A stretch of DNA of 62,934 bases, filler included, from Octopus bimaculoides (lineage: Eukaryota), in NCBI RefSeq assembly GCF_001194135.2. It is 8 parts of 7 records of this genome, joined end to end, with 100 filler letters (N's around TTAATTAATTAA, not from the genome) between each part and the next. Parts side by side here need not be neighbours in the genome. Positions count along the whole stretch, not along the records: positions 11,146 to 22,157 come from NC_069010.1; positions 22,258 to 31,510 come from NC_068988.1; 6 more parts are not named here. One strand, 5' to 3'. Positions 13,016-24,289 of this stretch are shown here, piece by piece. The translations under genes were made by a program, and so were the position numbers. How positions within the stretch are numbered: position 1 is the stretch's first letter; each line of letters starts with the position of its first letter. The notes under the pieces are model-generated. The model did no database searches. It was not told the origin of the DNA and saw only the letters and a program-made list of their open reading frames with translations.

Positions 13016-13724
13016 CTGAAACACTAATATTAGATATAAGCGATGTAGGCAAGGCCGAGGATTGGGTGTAATAATTTACAGTTTGCAATTTTGAATCGCA
13101 ACTATCCATGTTGAAATATCACCGAGGCAAAGTTTAGTTTCATCCTCCCAAAATTACAAAATAAAATACAATTTTTTAATATGTTGGTGCCAAATTGCTC
13201 AGTCTATTATAACAATTGTTACTGCGAATGTTAATTTAGAATTTAATATAATAACAGGGCAATTAGAGCAATTAATACTATCATAAAGATTAATAACGTA
13301 TTGATAAACATGGAAATTGGAGAAAATATATATATGTGTAACATTACATAATCTCTACCTAATTGATTAAATTAATGGCTAACTAGNNNNNNNNNNCCTA
13401 ATTGATTAAATTAATGGCTAACTAGCGCAATCGACCTGCTTCTTCCCATGTTTGTTTCTCCATTCTCTACATGATTATATATATATATATCTATATATAT
13501 ATATATATATANNNNNNNNNNATATATATATATATATATATTTATAAAGATCAGATTGTATGGATTATGGATTATGACCGATTCTTATATTTTAATAACC
13601 GAAAATCTCGGACAGTAAGGCAGTAACTCAAAATATAGTGTTCATTCAACTACATTATTCACATTTAAAAATGAAGTAATACAGAAAACAAAACAAAACA
13701 AAAAGCAAGTACATATTCACATAC

Positions 13725-13806
13725 CAACACCAAATTCCAGCGGCCATTCCCATGAGTAGGGCGACCAGAATCCCTGCAACTATCAGGATTTTCAACTTCG
13801 ATTTTT
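13725..13806 (-). CDS. Transmembrane exon of a type I membrane protein
   Basis: tttttcaatttccag acceptor, TG|gtatgt donor, 82 bp, phase 1 to 2. Encodes (E)KSKLKILIVAGILVALLMGMAAGIWC(W). Phase-compatible with the EGF exon at 16147-16226. Confidence 0.75.
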
Positions 13807-14040
13807 CTGGAAATTGAAAAATGTATTGTTAATATGCATACAAATACATACTTACACATACATGTATATACATATATATGTACACACAGACACACATGCA
13901 CTCACACACGCACGCACACACACACGCACAGACACNNNNNNNNNNCAGACACACATGCACTCACACACGCACGCACACACACACGCACAGACACACACAT
14001 ATACACATAAGCGTAGTTGTGTGGTAAGAAGCTTGCTTCC

Positions 14041-15128
14041 GGTATAGCGTTTGTCAGTTGGATTGTGGATTTTGAGTGTAACANNNNNNNNNNGCTTCCG
14101 GTATAGCGTTTGTCAGTTGGATTGTGGATTTTGAGTGTAACACACGTGTTATTTGGTTGTCTTGGCGGTGCGACGTTTTCCCTTTTGTTTAATGGAGGGG
14201 CGTCGGGTGAGGAGTTGCTAAAATTTGAATTGCTCTGCTTCAGACTTTGTAAACCGCCCTTCTTCAGACTTTGTGTCGTCTGAGGAAGAAATGGTGGAGT
14301 GTTTGAANNNNNNNNNNTTCTTCAGACTTTGTGTCGTCTGAGGAAGAAATGGTGGAGTGTTTGAAGACAGACGAAGCAATGGAGACAAAGAGTTTTACAG
14401 AGTTGAAGAAAGAAAGAAGCGAAGAAGTGAGGCTGGAAGATGTGAGCAAGTTCAAGGGAATGCTTAAAATGGAGGGGAACGAAGTGAAGGTATTATCTCC
14501 CAAATAAGTTTTGAAGTAAACAAGTGAGAAGACAATAATTTACAGAACGTATTCGGTGGCAGCCAGGTAAATTGAGACCATGTCAATGGCTCGAATAGAA
14601 AAGGCACTTAGACCACTCTGACAGGGAATTACCTACCTCACCAGAGGTAGAAAATTTGGAACAGTGGAGGTGCGGTTTCAGGAGGTAGTTACTGTCAGGC
14701 TGAACTCGGCAACAATGCTGAGAACTGATGAAGTGGTTCTACCCGTATAACTCGGGAGACGTGCTTCCAAGGTTAGGGTGGAGGACATACTCCCAGAAGT
14801 GGATGTNNNNNNNNNNGACGTGCTTCCAAGGTTAGGGTGGAGGACATACTCCCAGAAGTGGATGTAGCCTGGCTAGGCATGGAGAAGAAGGTTGTGGTCT
14901 TCCCGGCCACCAGGTCACTCCACAAGAACTGGTAAGAACAAAGACTTTATATGGTGGTACAAGTTGCAGTGGAAGATAAAGAAGATAAAGAAAATATGGT
15001 AGTCAGAATGGAAGGGAGGATTCCGCGGTGCTATAAATATGACCTAAAAGGCCACATTAGAGCGGATTATCCTCCACCACCTGAGAAGGCTAAAGAGAGA
15101 CAAGAGAGTGAGAAAGTGGCTGGTGCTC
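14041..15128 (+). mobile_element. Tx1/L1-like LINE 5' UTR and decayed ORF1, cut by an assembly gap
   Basis: RGRKFGTVEVRF...KVRVEDILPEVDVAWL...EGRIPRCYKYDLKGHIRADYP (degenerate CCHC knuckle). Homologous to ORF1 at about 25100 and 29300. Confidence 0.75.
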
Positions 15129-15674
15129 NNNNNNNNNNNNNNNNNNNNNNNNNNNNNNNNNNNNNNNNNNNNNNNNNNNNNNNNNNNNNNNNNNNNNNNN
15201 NNNNNNNNNNNNNNNNNNNNNNNNNNNNNNNNNNNNNNNNNNNNNNNNNNNNNNNNNNNNNNNNNNNNNNNNNNNNNNNNNNNNNNNNNNNNNNNNNNNN
15301 NNNNNNNNNNNNNNNNNNNNNNNNNNNNNNNNNNNNNNNNNNNNNNNNNNNNNNNNNNNNNNNNNNNNNNNNNNNNNNNNNNNNNNNNNNNNNNNNNNNN
15401 NNNNNNNNNNNNNNNNNNNNNNNNNNNNNNNNNNNNNNNNNNNNNNNNNNNNNNNNNNNNNNNNNNNNNNNNNNNNNNNNNNNNNNNNNNNNNNNNNNNN
15501 NNNNNNNNNNNNNNNNNNNNNNNNNNNNNNNNNNNNNNNNNNNNNNNNNNNNNNNNNNNNNNNNNNNNNNNNNNNNNNNNNNNNNNNNNNNNNNNNNNNN
15601 NNNNNNNNNNNNNNNNNNNNNNNNNNNNNNNNNNNNNNNNNNNNNNNNNNNNNNNNNNNNNNNNNNNNNNNNNN

Positions 15675-15713
15675 TCTGATGAGAACCCAATAAGATTCGA
15701 AAATCGATTAAGG
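15675..15713 (+). ncRNA. Minimal type I hammerhead ribozyme motif (Penelope type)
   Basis: CUGAUGA, stem II GAA/UUC, GAAA, palindromic stem III AAUCGAUU, UUA cleavage site (after 15710). The 5' strand of stem I mostly lies in the N gap. Confidence 0.6.
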
Positions 15714-16146
15714 TTGTTCATTTTTAACGGCGGTGCATCAGCATGGCCGCATCTCTGAACTGAAACTACAGAAAAAAATATATATATATAAACAGCCCTT
15801 TGAGTACCATGCTTGATGTACATAGCTCACGATACCAAATATACCTCAGTATATACAAGAATACATACATACATACATATATACATACATACATGCATGC
15901 ATTGTGATTTCATATTCTTATCAATAATAATTGGAGCACTAGGTTTTGTTAGTAAATGCTTAAAGGAGNNNNNNNNNNAATAATTGGAGCACTAGGTTTT
16001 GTTAGTAAATGCTTAAAGGAGAATCGGGGGAATCTGGAGAATCTGGGATTTTCAATAAAAGAAAGCCGGTTTAAGCGACCGGCTAATACGTATGTAGACC
16101 GGCAAAAAAAAAATATATATACAGGAGATTAATAGTTTTATCTAAC

Positions 16147-16226
16147 CTTTGCATCTCTTGGAATTATTGTCCCAGACATATCCCGTGATGCAACCTTCCT
16201 CACAATGTCCCGTGACTTGATCACAT
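16147..16226 (-). CDS. Laminin/MEGF-type EGF-like exon, 5' part lost in gap
   Basis: CDQVTGHCEEGCITGYVWDNNSKRCK followed by the phase-1 donor AAA G|gttaga. CD..TG.C..GC..GY is the EGF-laminin pattern. Confidence 0.8.
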
Positions 16227-16336
16227 NNNNNNNNNNNNNNNNNNNNNNNNNNNNNNNNNNNNNNNNNNNNNNNNNNNNNNNNNNNNNNNNNNNNNNNNNN
16301 NNNNNNNNNNNNNNNNNNNNNNNNNNAGTCCTGGTG

Positions 16337-16377
<41 letters not shown>

Positions 16378-17355
16378 TGTATAATTAAATTCAATACCAT
16401 GATCATTTGATATGTTCGAATATCTAATTAATATCCTATTCTCTAAAGAGAATTAGATAAAAGAAAAACAACAGCCTGAAACGGGCGTTCAGTGTGCAAG
16501 CATCACATTAAAAACTTAATATAAAAAGGAAAACTTAATGATTTCACCGAAGTGCGATATCTTTCCAATAATATTCTCACCCGGCATATTAATCTTCTTG
16601 GGAACTTTAATAAAACATAAAACCATATGTATAAACAGAAGGTATCTTCATGGAATTTATAAAGCCTATATATTCTTATTGGTGCCCAATACGTCCATCC
16701 TCAGTTTTCAATCCACAGTTTATCTGCCCTACTATAATTATTCAATTATCATTTCATACGATAAAAATATCATTTAACACCCCAATTGAGAGACAACTGT
16801 AATGTATTATTTTTCAATGATTTTCTTTTGTCTTCGTGTAGTGATTGGGCACAGGTAGTTTGGGATGTGTTGAAAGGTGCACTGTTAGAATAGGCAAAAT
16901 AGTTAAGGCCTAACGAGGCTAAAACTGTAAATATTATTGAATATTTAAAGTTAATGATATAAAATGGAAGACGTTAATGAGTGCTACTTTATTCTGAAAA
17001 TGCTAATTCAACGCATGGAATTCAGTGAATAATTGAGTAAATAGCTAAAGTTTCATAGTAACAGGTAAAATCTCTACGTGCATTTTACCCACATGGTTTA
17101 TACAGTGCGTATGAGAAACACACGTGCCAGGAATTCACTATGAATTAAATATATTACAATAAAGGAAGCAATCGAACAGTTCTTTTGTTAAGCTTCGTTA
17201 TGGAATTAGGAAAGTCCATGCGGATTTCTTCTTGTTGGCGAGCGAAACTTTAGAGTCAATATAGTGACTCTAAAAAAGTAATCATGGGACATGTAAGAAT
17301 GCAAGATACTGCTAATAAAAGTATCAAATTAATGTGTGGATGCATGTGCATAAAT

Positions 17356-17397
<42 letters not shown>

Positions 17398-17801
17398 TTT
17401 TAAAAGATTGTTTTTTCGTTTTCTAAACACATTTTTGCATGAGATATTATTGCTTCATAATTATAAGGAATTTCATTGATTGTCTGCTTCAGTAATAGCC
17501 TCTGCATACCCTGAGTATGTTCTCACGGAACATTTAAATGTAATAAGAATAAAAACGTACAGATTTGACAAGCACCTAGTGCAGTTTCNNNNNNNNNNAT
17601 ACTGCAAAGCAATTTGCACGAAGTTTTAATGTTTCTGCCAATTCATCACCTTTCTAAAAATAGCTAAATCATAGAATATGGCATCAATAGCCATTGCCGT
17701 TTGGAGAAAAGGTGAAAGCAAATCAATATAAGAGAGAGTTCCTGATAGTTACGAGCTATTCGACTAAGTATTTACTCTTATTTACGTTGTCATTTACTCA
17801 C

Positions 17802-17937
17802 CCTTTTCTGAACCATATGCATCCTATCCTTGCGAAGCTTTTTGATACATGCCAGTACATCAACATCTTGATCACTCAACATTTCATTTAGAAGAATGTC
17901 AATGCAAATGTAAGCTCCTGTACGACCAACACCAGCA
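17802..17937 (-). CDS. Protein-tyrosine phosphatase exon (P-loop second half to Q-loop)
   Basis: ctcctctttcag acceptor, AGG|gtgagt donor, 136 bp, phase 2 to 0. Encodes (S)AGVGRTGAYICIDILLNEMLSDQDVDVLACIKKLRKDRMHMVQKR. The split HCS|AG intron position is conserved in classical PTP genes. Confidence 0.95.
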
Positions 17938-18975
17938 CTGAAAGAGGAGCGAAGGGTAATAAAATGATGATGATAACTCCCAAAAATTAAAAAAATAACA
18001 AGATAAATACTTGGATTAAGTTTAAGGGACATAAATCATTTACACTTTATATTCAGTAGTAGTAAAAGAGAAGTAGTTGTATGCTATCAACTTAATGCGA
18101 CAGTCACATGAAGGGAATAATACTACTGTTGTAATAGTCCCGTGAAGGGAATAATGCTACTGTTGTTGAAGGGAATAATACTACTGCATAAATCTCTTTG
18201 AGAGATTTAGAAATGTATCATTTCTAATTAGGAAAAGAGAGTTGAGTAATATTGGAAATGAGATTCTAAATTTGACAGTAACGCGCCTGATGGTATTTCC
18301 TATCATCAGCCCAAACAGTATTAAATAACATTTTTCTTTAGGAGTGGAAACCATCGTTATTGAGACGACAGATTCTGTTGATTTATGACAACCTTAGTTA
18401 AAATTTCTTGACTTACTATATCACACATGCCTACATTACTAAGAACCTGGGAGGCAAGCCTTGGTAATTTTTCTCAGGCATTATCCTATTTTGCGATACT
18501 TTCTTTTTCTTAAACCATTTCAATATTTAGAATTGACTTTTTGTTGACGTGTGTTCTATTTGATTAAACATAAGTTAACTCTAAAAACGTTTTGAATACC
18601 ATTGTTACACAAAGAATGGAAAACGCAGTAAAAGTTCTACAGAAGCTCATTTGGTTCTTCTTAAGCAAAACCTTTGTGTGGAATCTTACACCTAACGAAT
18701 ATAATTTTACTATAAAATGCACTGTATAATAACAAAACATTTCAAAATTTAACATTTATGTTATTAAAACGCACGTAAATAAATAAACACATGGACATAT
18801 ACACATAAACATGGTTTTACTCTTCGCAACTCAAGTGTGTTGCAAGAAATATAATCAACGCTACATGGGTATATATACAGGCAGCTTCAAATTCATCTCT
18901 GCTACTATCGATTCTCTTTCAGAAATGATGGAAAGAGAAACAACACATCATAGTATTGAAATATCATTAGGCTTA

Positions 18976-20091
18976 TAGTTAATATAATTATTTCAAATCT
19001 TCGGCCACTTTAAACTATTATAAATTTCTACTAATTACCAACTTATAAGTGAACATTTCGCATTGCATTTTTACAGACGAAGCATTGGCCCTGTTGGAAT
19101 CATTTCCACAACCTAGTCATTATATTTTGTAGTAAGGATTCTGAATGAGAGAAGATGCGAGACGACCACCAAAAATGGCTGTGTAAAAGTTTTCAGCCAC
19201 CTCACATAATCCAATCAAGATAAAATGTTTTAAAACAGAAAAACGTCTATAATGAAAATTTATTAAATAATGTTCATTTCAAGAAGTTACTGTACATTGT
19301 TAATGTTTCATGTGACTTCCCTTAGCTTGAATAATTGTCTCAATGAGCCTGGGAAGAGATGCATTCAAATCCTTCACTATCTTTACAGATATGAGATGTC
19401 ATTCCTTGTGGCTGAGCGACCACAATTCTTCAAGATTGCGTGGATTCTTCTGATGAACTCTTCTCTTTAGTTCTGTCTACATTTGCTCCATGATATGTAA
19501 ATCAGATTATGAAAATATGAATATGTAAATCAGGTGCTTCGGTATTGAAAGATTGGCCAGCTCAGAGCTCTGACTTAAATATCATGGAGCAAATGTGAAC
19601 AAAACTAAAGAGAAGAGTTCGTCAGAAGAATCTACGCAATCTTGAAGAGTTATGGGAGCTCAGCCAAAGAGAATGGCATCTCATACTTGTGAAGGTGGTG
19701 CAAGATTTGTACGCATCTCTTCAGAGGTACACTGAGGCAATTATTGACGCTAAGGGAAGCCACATGAAATATTAACAAGTAACTTCTTGAAATGAACATT
19801 ATGTAATAAATTTGAATTGCAGACACTTTTTCTGTTTCAAAACATTGTAGCTTGATTGGTTTATGTGAGGTGGCCGAGAACTTTTGCATGGCCATTCTTG
19901 GTGGTCATCTCGCATCTTCTCCATTCATTTGGAACCCTTAGTATAAAATATAATGATTAGGTATGGAAATGACTCCAACAGGGACAATGTTTTATCTGTA
20001 AAGAACACAATGCGAAACATCCACTTATAAATTGGCAATTAGTAGAAATTTACTGTTGTTTCAAATGGCCGAAGATATTTGCACGGTACTG
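18976..20091. mobile_element. Palindromic (foldback) Tc1-derived element made of two transposon right ends
   Basis: 18976-19506 is the reverse complement of 19569-20091. The + arm encodes LKDWPAQSSDLNIMEQM*TKLKRRV...EAIIDAKGSHMKY* (Tc1 WP..SPDLNPIE C-terminus). The outer end reads CAGTACCGTGC, Tc1-like. Confidence 0.88.
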
Positions 20092-20143
20092 CATATTCAT
20101 ATAATAAAAGATAAATCATGTTGATATAATTATAGTTGTAAAC

Positions 20144-20301
20144 CTGCAATGTATGACCAAAGGGTATGAGAAACTTTCTCTGTTCTTCAAAGCGTTTCTG
20201 AATTCTAAAATATATTCGACGTGTTGTGGAATGACATGACCTGTCCATTTTTTAAAGAAGAAGTGATCAATTGTCCAAATTCCATTCGGATTAACTCCTG
20301 T
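20144..20301 (-). CDS. Protein-tyrosine phosphatase exon (WPD-loop region to catalytic HC)
   Basis: gtttatttacag acceptor, TGC AG|gtttac donor, 158 bp, phase 0 to 2. Encodes TGVNPNGIWTIDHFFFKKWTGHVIPQHVEYILEFRNALKNRESFSYPLVIHC(S) and joins in frame to 17802-17937. Confidence 0.93.
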
Positions 20302-21378
20302 CTGTAAATAAACATAAAGAGGTTTGAAATGAACGACATGGGAGATTATAAATGAACCACATACAAAGCAATATGATAATGTTGTAATATATTCTTATAA
20401 TATTGATTTTGATAGTTTTCTTATAATTACTCTATAACCAAATCATTTCATAGCTCTACAAACCGTCACTTTTCAAAACAAAGTACTCAGTGTGTTTCTG
20501 ATTAGATGTAGACTTTAAAATGAATTAGTGCTTGCTTCAGTGAGATAGAGACAACTTGGTTGGTCACATTCTTGTAGCATTTAAATGATACTGCCCATCT
20601 GGCTAGGCAAAGCAGGCAAACATTGGTCCTGCACGGACAATTAGTCTGTCGCAATGTTACCTATTTACAGCCGAGAAGAGAGGAGAGACGTGAAGTATTT
20701 TGCTCAAAAACACAACGCAGCACTGGTCTGAAAATCGAAATCATGATCACGTGATTATTAGCAATCTGAGCAAAATACTTTATAACCACTCTGTTGGCAC
20801 ACCACGTATATATATATATATATATATATNNNNNNNNNNNNNNNNNNNNNNNNNNNNNNNNNNNNNNNNNNNNNNNNNNNNNNNNNNNNNNNNNNNNNNN
20901 NNNNNNNNNNNNNNNNNNNNNNNNNNNNNNNNNNNNNNNNNNNNNNNNNNNNNNNNNNNNNNNNNNNNNNNNNNNNNNNNNNNNNNNNNNNNNNNNNNNN
21001 NNNNNNNNNNNNNNNNNNNNNNNNNNNNNNNNNNNNNNNNNNNNNNNNNNNNNNNNNNNNNNNNNNNNNNNNNNNNNNNNNNNNNNNNNNNNNNNNNNNN
21101 NNNNNNNNNNNNNNNNNNNNNNNNNNNNNNNNNNNNNNNNNNNNNNNNNNNNNNNNNNNNNNNNNNNNNNNNNNNNNNNNNNNNNNNNNNNNNNNNNNNN
21201 NNNNNNNNNNNNNNNNNNNNNNNNCTTATCACAGATGTCACGCAGTGGGACTGAACCCGGAATAATGTGGTTGGGAAGCAAACTTATTTTACTGAACGCT
21301 GATTTCAAAATGCTACTGTTTTAGACCTTTTAAGCAGTATTATTTTTATATAAGAAGAAATATTATGAAAAGCCTTAC

Positions 21379-21501
21379 CTTTGAAATAAAAAATCTTCGG
21401 TGTATATAGGTTGAATGACAGTTAGTCTCAGTATGTTTCACTTGGATGGTACCAAATGTCTCAGTATTCTCTTCATCCGGCCAATACTGCATATATATCG
21501 T
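21379..21501 (-). CDS. Protein-tyrosine phosphatase exon (QYWP motif)
   Basis: tttttttggcag acceptor, AAG|gtaagg donor, 123 bp, phase 0 to 0. Encodes TIYMQYWPDEENTETFGTIQVKHTETNCHSTYIHRRFFISK. Confidence 0.93.
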
Positions 21502-22061
21502 CTGCCAAAAAAATGCTACTTTATTATTTTCATAATTAAACTGAAATGGAGAGTATGTTCATTCCATAATAAAACATTTTAAATTATTGAAAAGCCGTTT
21601 TTAGTGATTTTATTTTGATTACTGTATTGCGTATGTGAAGAAAATATGAAGATTGAAACAGGGAAAGTATTTGAGCGTGATGTGACGCGTGTGAAGAGTC
21701 AAATACAATCAAGTGATTATTAGTCTACGCACATGTGTAGGTAGCCACTCCTACACAACAGGCAGCCACTCCTACCAAAATTATTACTATAAATTCTTAC
21801 TATGACCAGAAACGATACTATGTCCAATCACACACATACATAAACAGCCACAACTACGCACACACATACACACACACACGTGCTATCATTACACACACAC
21901 ACACACACACACATACATACATACCTCCTTCTCTTGCACTCTCCTGTCTTTGAAAATAACTTTTTCTCCATCCTTTCCCTTCCGGTCATTCCAATATGTG
22001 ACCGCGTGTGCATCGTTGGCGATTTTCTTTCTCTGTCTTCCTTTCTTTGGACTTTTCCTAT

Positions 22062-22096
22062 ATTTCTGACGAAGATATCCGATCGAAACGTTAAAT
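22062..22096 (+). ncRNA. Minimal type I hammerhead ribozyme motif (Penelope type)
   Basis: Stem I AUUU/AAAU, CUGACGA plus one extra A, stem II GAU/AUC, GAAA, loopless palindromic stem III ACGU, GUU cleavage site (after 22092). Confidence 0.65.
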
Positions 22097-22822
22097 CTTC
22101 TTTCTTCCCTTTCCTTTCCTAAGCGTCCAATAACACTGTACTTATTCCACGTCCTCANNNNNNNNNNNNNNNNNNNNNNNNNNNNNNNNNNNNNNNNNNN
22201 NTTAATTAATTAANNNNNNNNNNNNNNNNNNNNNNNNNNNNNNNNNNNNNNNNNNNNCACCACAGTAATTTCTTAAGTGTTTTCAAATTAAAAAATAAAA
22301 TATATATACCCTGAATAGCGTATTCAGTGCTTTATTGCTGTGTGTAAGTAGATGTATACTTTTCACATATGAATCAGTGTATCAGAAGGGAAAGATGTGC
22401 GGACGAAATTCAACTTAACAAATAAAAACGTGTGTTTAAGAGTCTTGAAAATGTAAAACACAAGCTTCTGGTTTTATATTTTTCTGATTTCAACAATATT
22501 GCAGGTAATTCTCACAACCTAGGTGGTTAGGTTGACACAAGAACAAAGAAATGACTCAACGAACAAGTACACACTTCTATCATTTCTATGAGAGTTCTAC
22601 TGTATCTACATTAGGTTTCTGTGTGAAAATATATTTGTGAAGTAGATAGGATTCAGATATGCTAGCGTTGCACAACGAGATTTATTGATCGTTCCACTAA
22701 CCTAGTCTGGCGAGTTTTATTTATTTATGCTTGTGTTTTATTTTTGGTTAATGTTTTCATTATCGCAACACAGCGTTTCGATTGGTAAACATCTGTGTAT
22801 GTTTTGAAGTTCTATTTTCTGT

Positions 22823-23520
22823 GACATGTTAGTTTAGTATGGAAGGTCAAACCATTAGACATGTTTGTTTAGTATGGAAGGTCAAACCCGTATACATATA
22901 TTTAGCATGAAAGGTCAAAATACTAGACATGTTTGTTTAGTATGGAAGGCCAGACAACTAGATATATTAGTTCAGTATGGAAGGTCAAACCATTATAATT
23001 GTTAGTTTAGTATGAAAGGTCAAATTATAAGATATGTTAGTTTAGTATGGAAGGTCAAACCGTTATACATTTTGGTTTAGTATGGAAGGCCAAATTGCTA
23101 GATATGTTAGTCTAGTATGAAAGGTTAAATCATTATAATATTATTATACTATGGAAGGTCAAACGAGTAGATATGTTAGTTTTGTATGGAAGATCAAATT
23201 ACTAGATATGTTAGATTAATACGGAAGGTGAAACTAATAGATATATTTGTTTTGTATGGAAGATCAAATCATTACACAGGTTAGTATAGAAGATCAAACT
23301 ACTAGACATGTTAGTTTAGTGTAGAGGGAAAACTACTAGAAATATTCGTTTAGTATGGAAAGTTAGGCATCTAAGCTTAGAACGTCAAATTTTTTGTCAA
23401 GTTCGTTTTGTATAGAAAGTCAAACCGTTAGACAGGTTAGTTTAGTATGGAAGATCAAGCCACTAGACATGTTAATTTAGTATAGGAAGTCAGACTAGAT
23501 ACGTTAATCTAGTGTAGACT
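22823..23520. repeat. 35-bp minisatellite, about 20 diverged copies
   Basis: Consensus gttagtttagtatggaaggtcaaaccattagacat repeated head to tail. Confidence 0.93.
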
Positions 23521-24289
23521 TTGGGGGAAGAGTAAGCTGACAGAAAAGGAGAGAAACAAAGAATACGAAAAGTAAAAGAGTATTCTAGCTGTTTAAGTTG
23601 ATCCCTTCATAAATTCTTAATAACCGCTCCTTATAAAACGCAATTGGTTTATATTCGTTTAACGAAATATGAAAACACGATTGAACGAATGAAAGAGGGA
23701 GACACCCCAACATCGTTTGAATTGCTGGAAATAGTAGTAGCATCTCCTAAAAAAAAAGCCTACACTATAAAAATAGACGGGAGGGTGACCATGTTTTGAA
23801 GATGCTCAACCAAAGCCGACTTAGGGTTTAAACAACGACACGATTCATCATAATTTAAATTTTCATTAATATTAACCTTTTACTTCTCGTAAATAACACA
23901 CATAGACACATATACACACATTCCCTTTATCTTTTAGTCAGTAGGGCAATGCTTAAAACTCTTTATACGGTCTCCGAAACTAGGAGAAAGGAGAGGAGAA
24001 TATATCTTTAAACTAGAGACCTGGTCCGGACTCTACTTAAAGCAATCAAGATGTTGAGTAGATGTGTTAAACTGGCCGAAGAATTAATTCTATCACCTAA
24101 GAAGGCCTTGGTGGGGTTTGAACTCAGTGCGTAAAGAGATGTGACAAATACCATAAGATGATAAAATACGCTTTATGGAAAGTCAAAGTTTTATATAGAA
24201 ACCATGACGTAAACTTGTTGTGCGGATTATTTAGATTTTAACAGGAAACATATATGGGGAAGCCAGTATCGAACTGCAGAGAGGGTTGA

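Noticed and set aside
12767-13470. Micro-exon candidates of 22 bp and 31 bp on the minus strand
   Set aside because: Both are phase 1 to 2 and so incompatible with the phase-2 end of the TM exon.
17240-17275. GAAAC...GTC plus a 10-bp hairpin (tttagagtca/tgactctaaa)
   Set aside because: No CUGANGA core or stem I; a 10-bp stem in AT-rich DNA can be chance.
16780-17760. Candidate terminal PTP exons (SHYIDSKV..., QYLAFLH..., ETALG across the 10-N gap at 17589)
   Set aside because: None gives a convincing x-Q-Y-x-F Q-loop continuation with a good acceptor; left unresolved.
18295-18312. CTGATGA..GAAA on the minus strand
   Set aside because: Only 3 nt between the core motifs, too short for stem II.
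22823-23520. CRISPR-like 35-bp repeats
   Set aside because: Units are head to tail with no unique spacers, there are no cas genes, and the context is eukaryotic.
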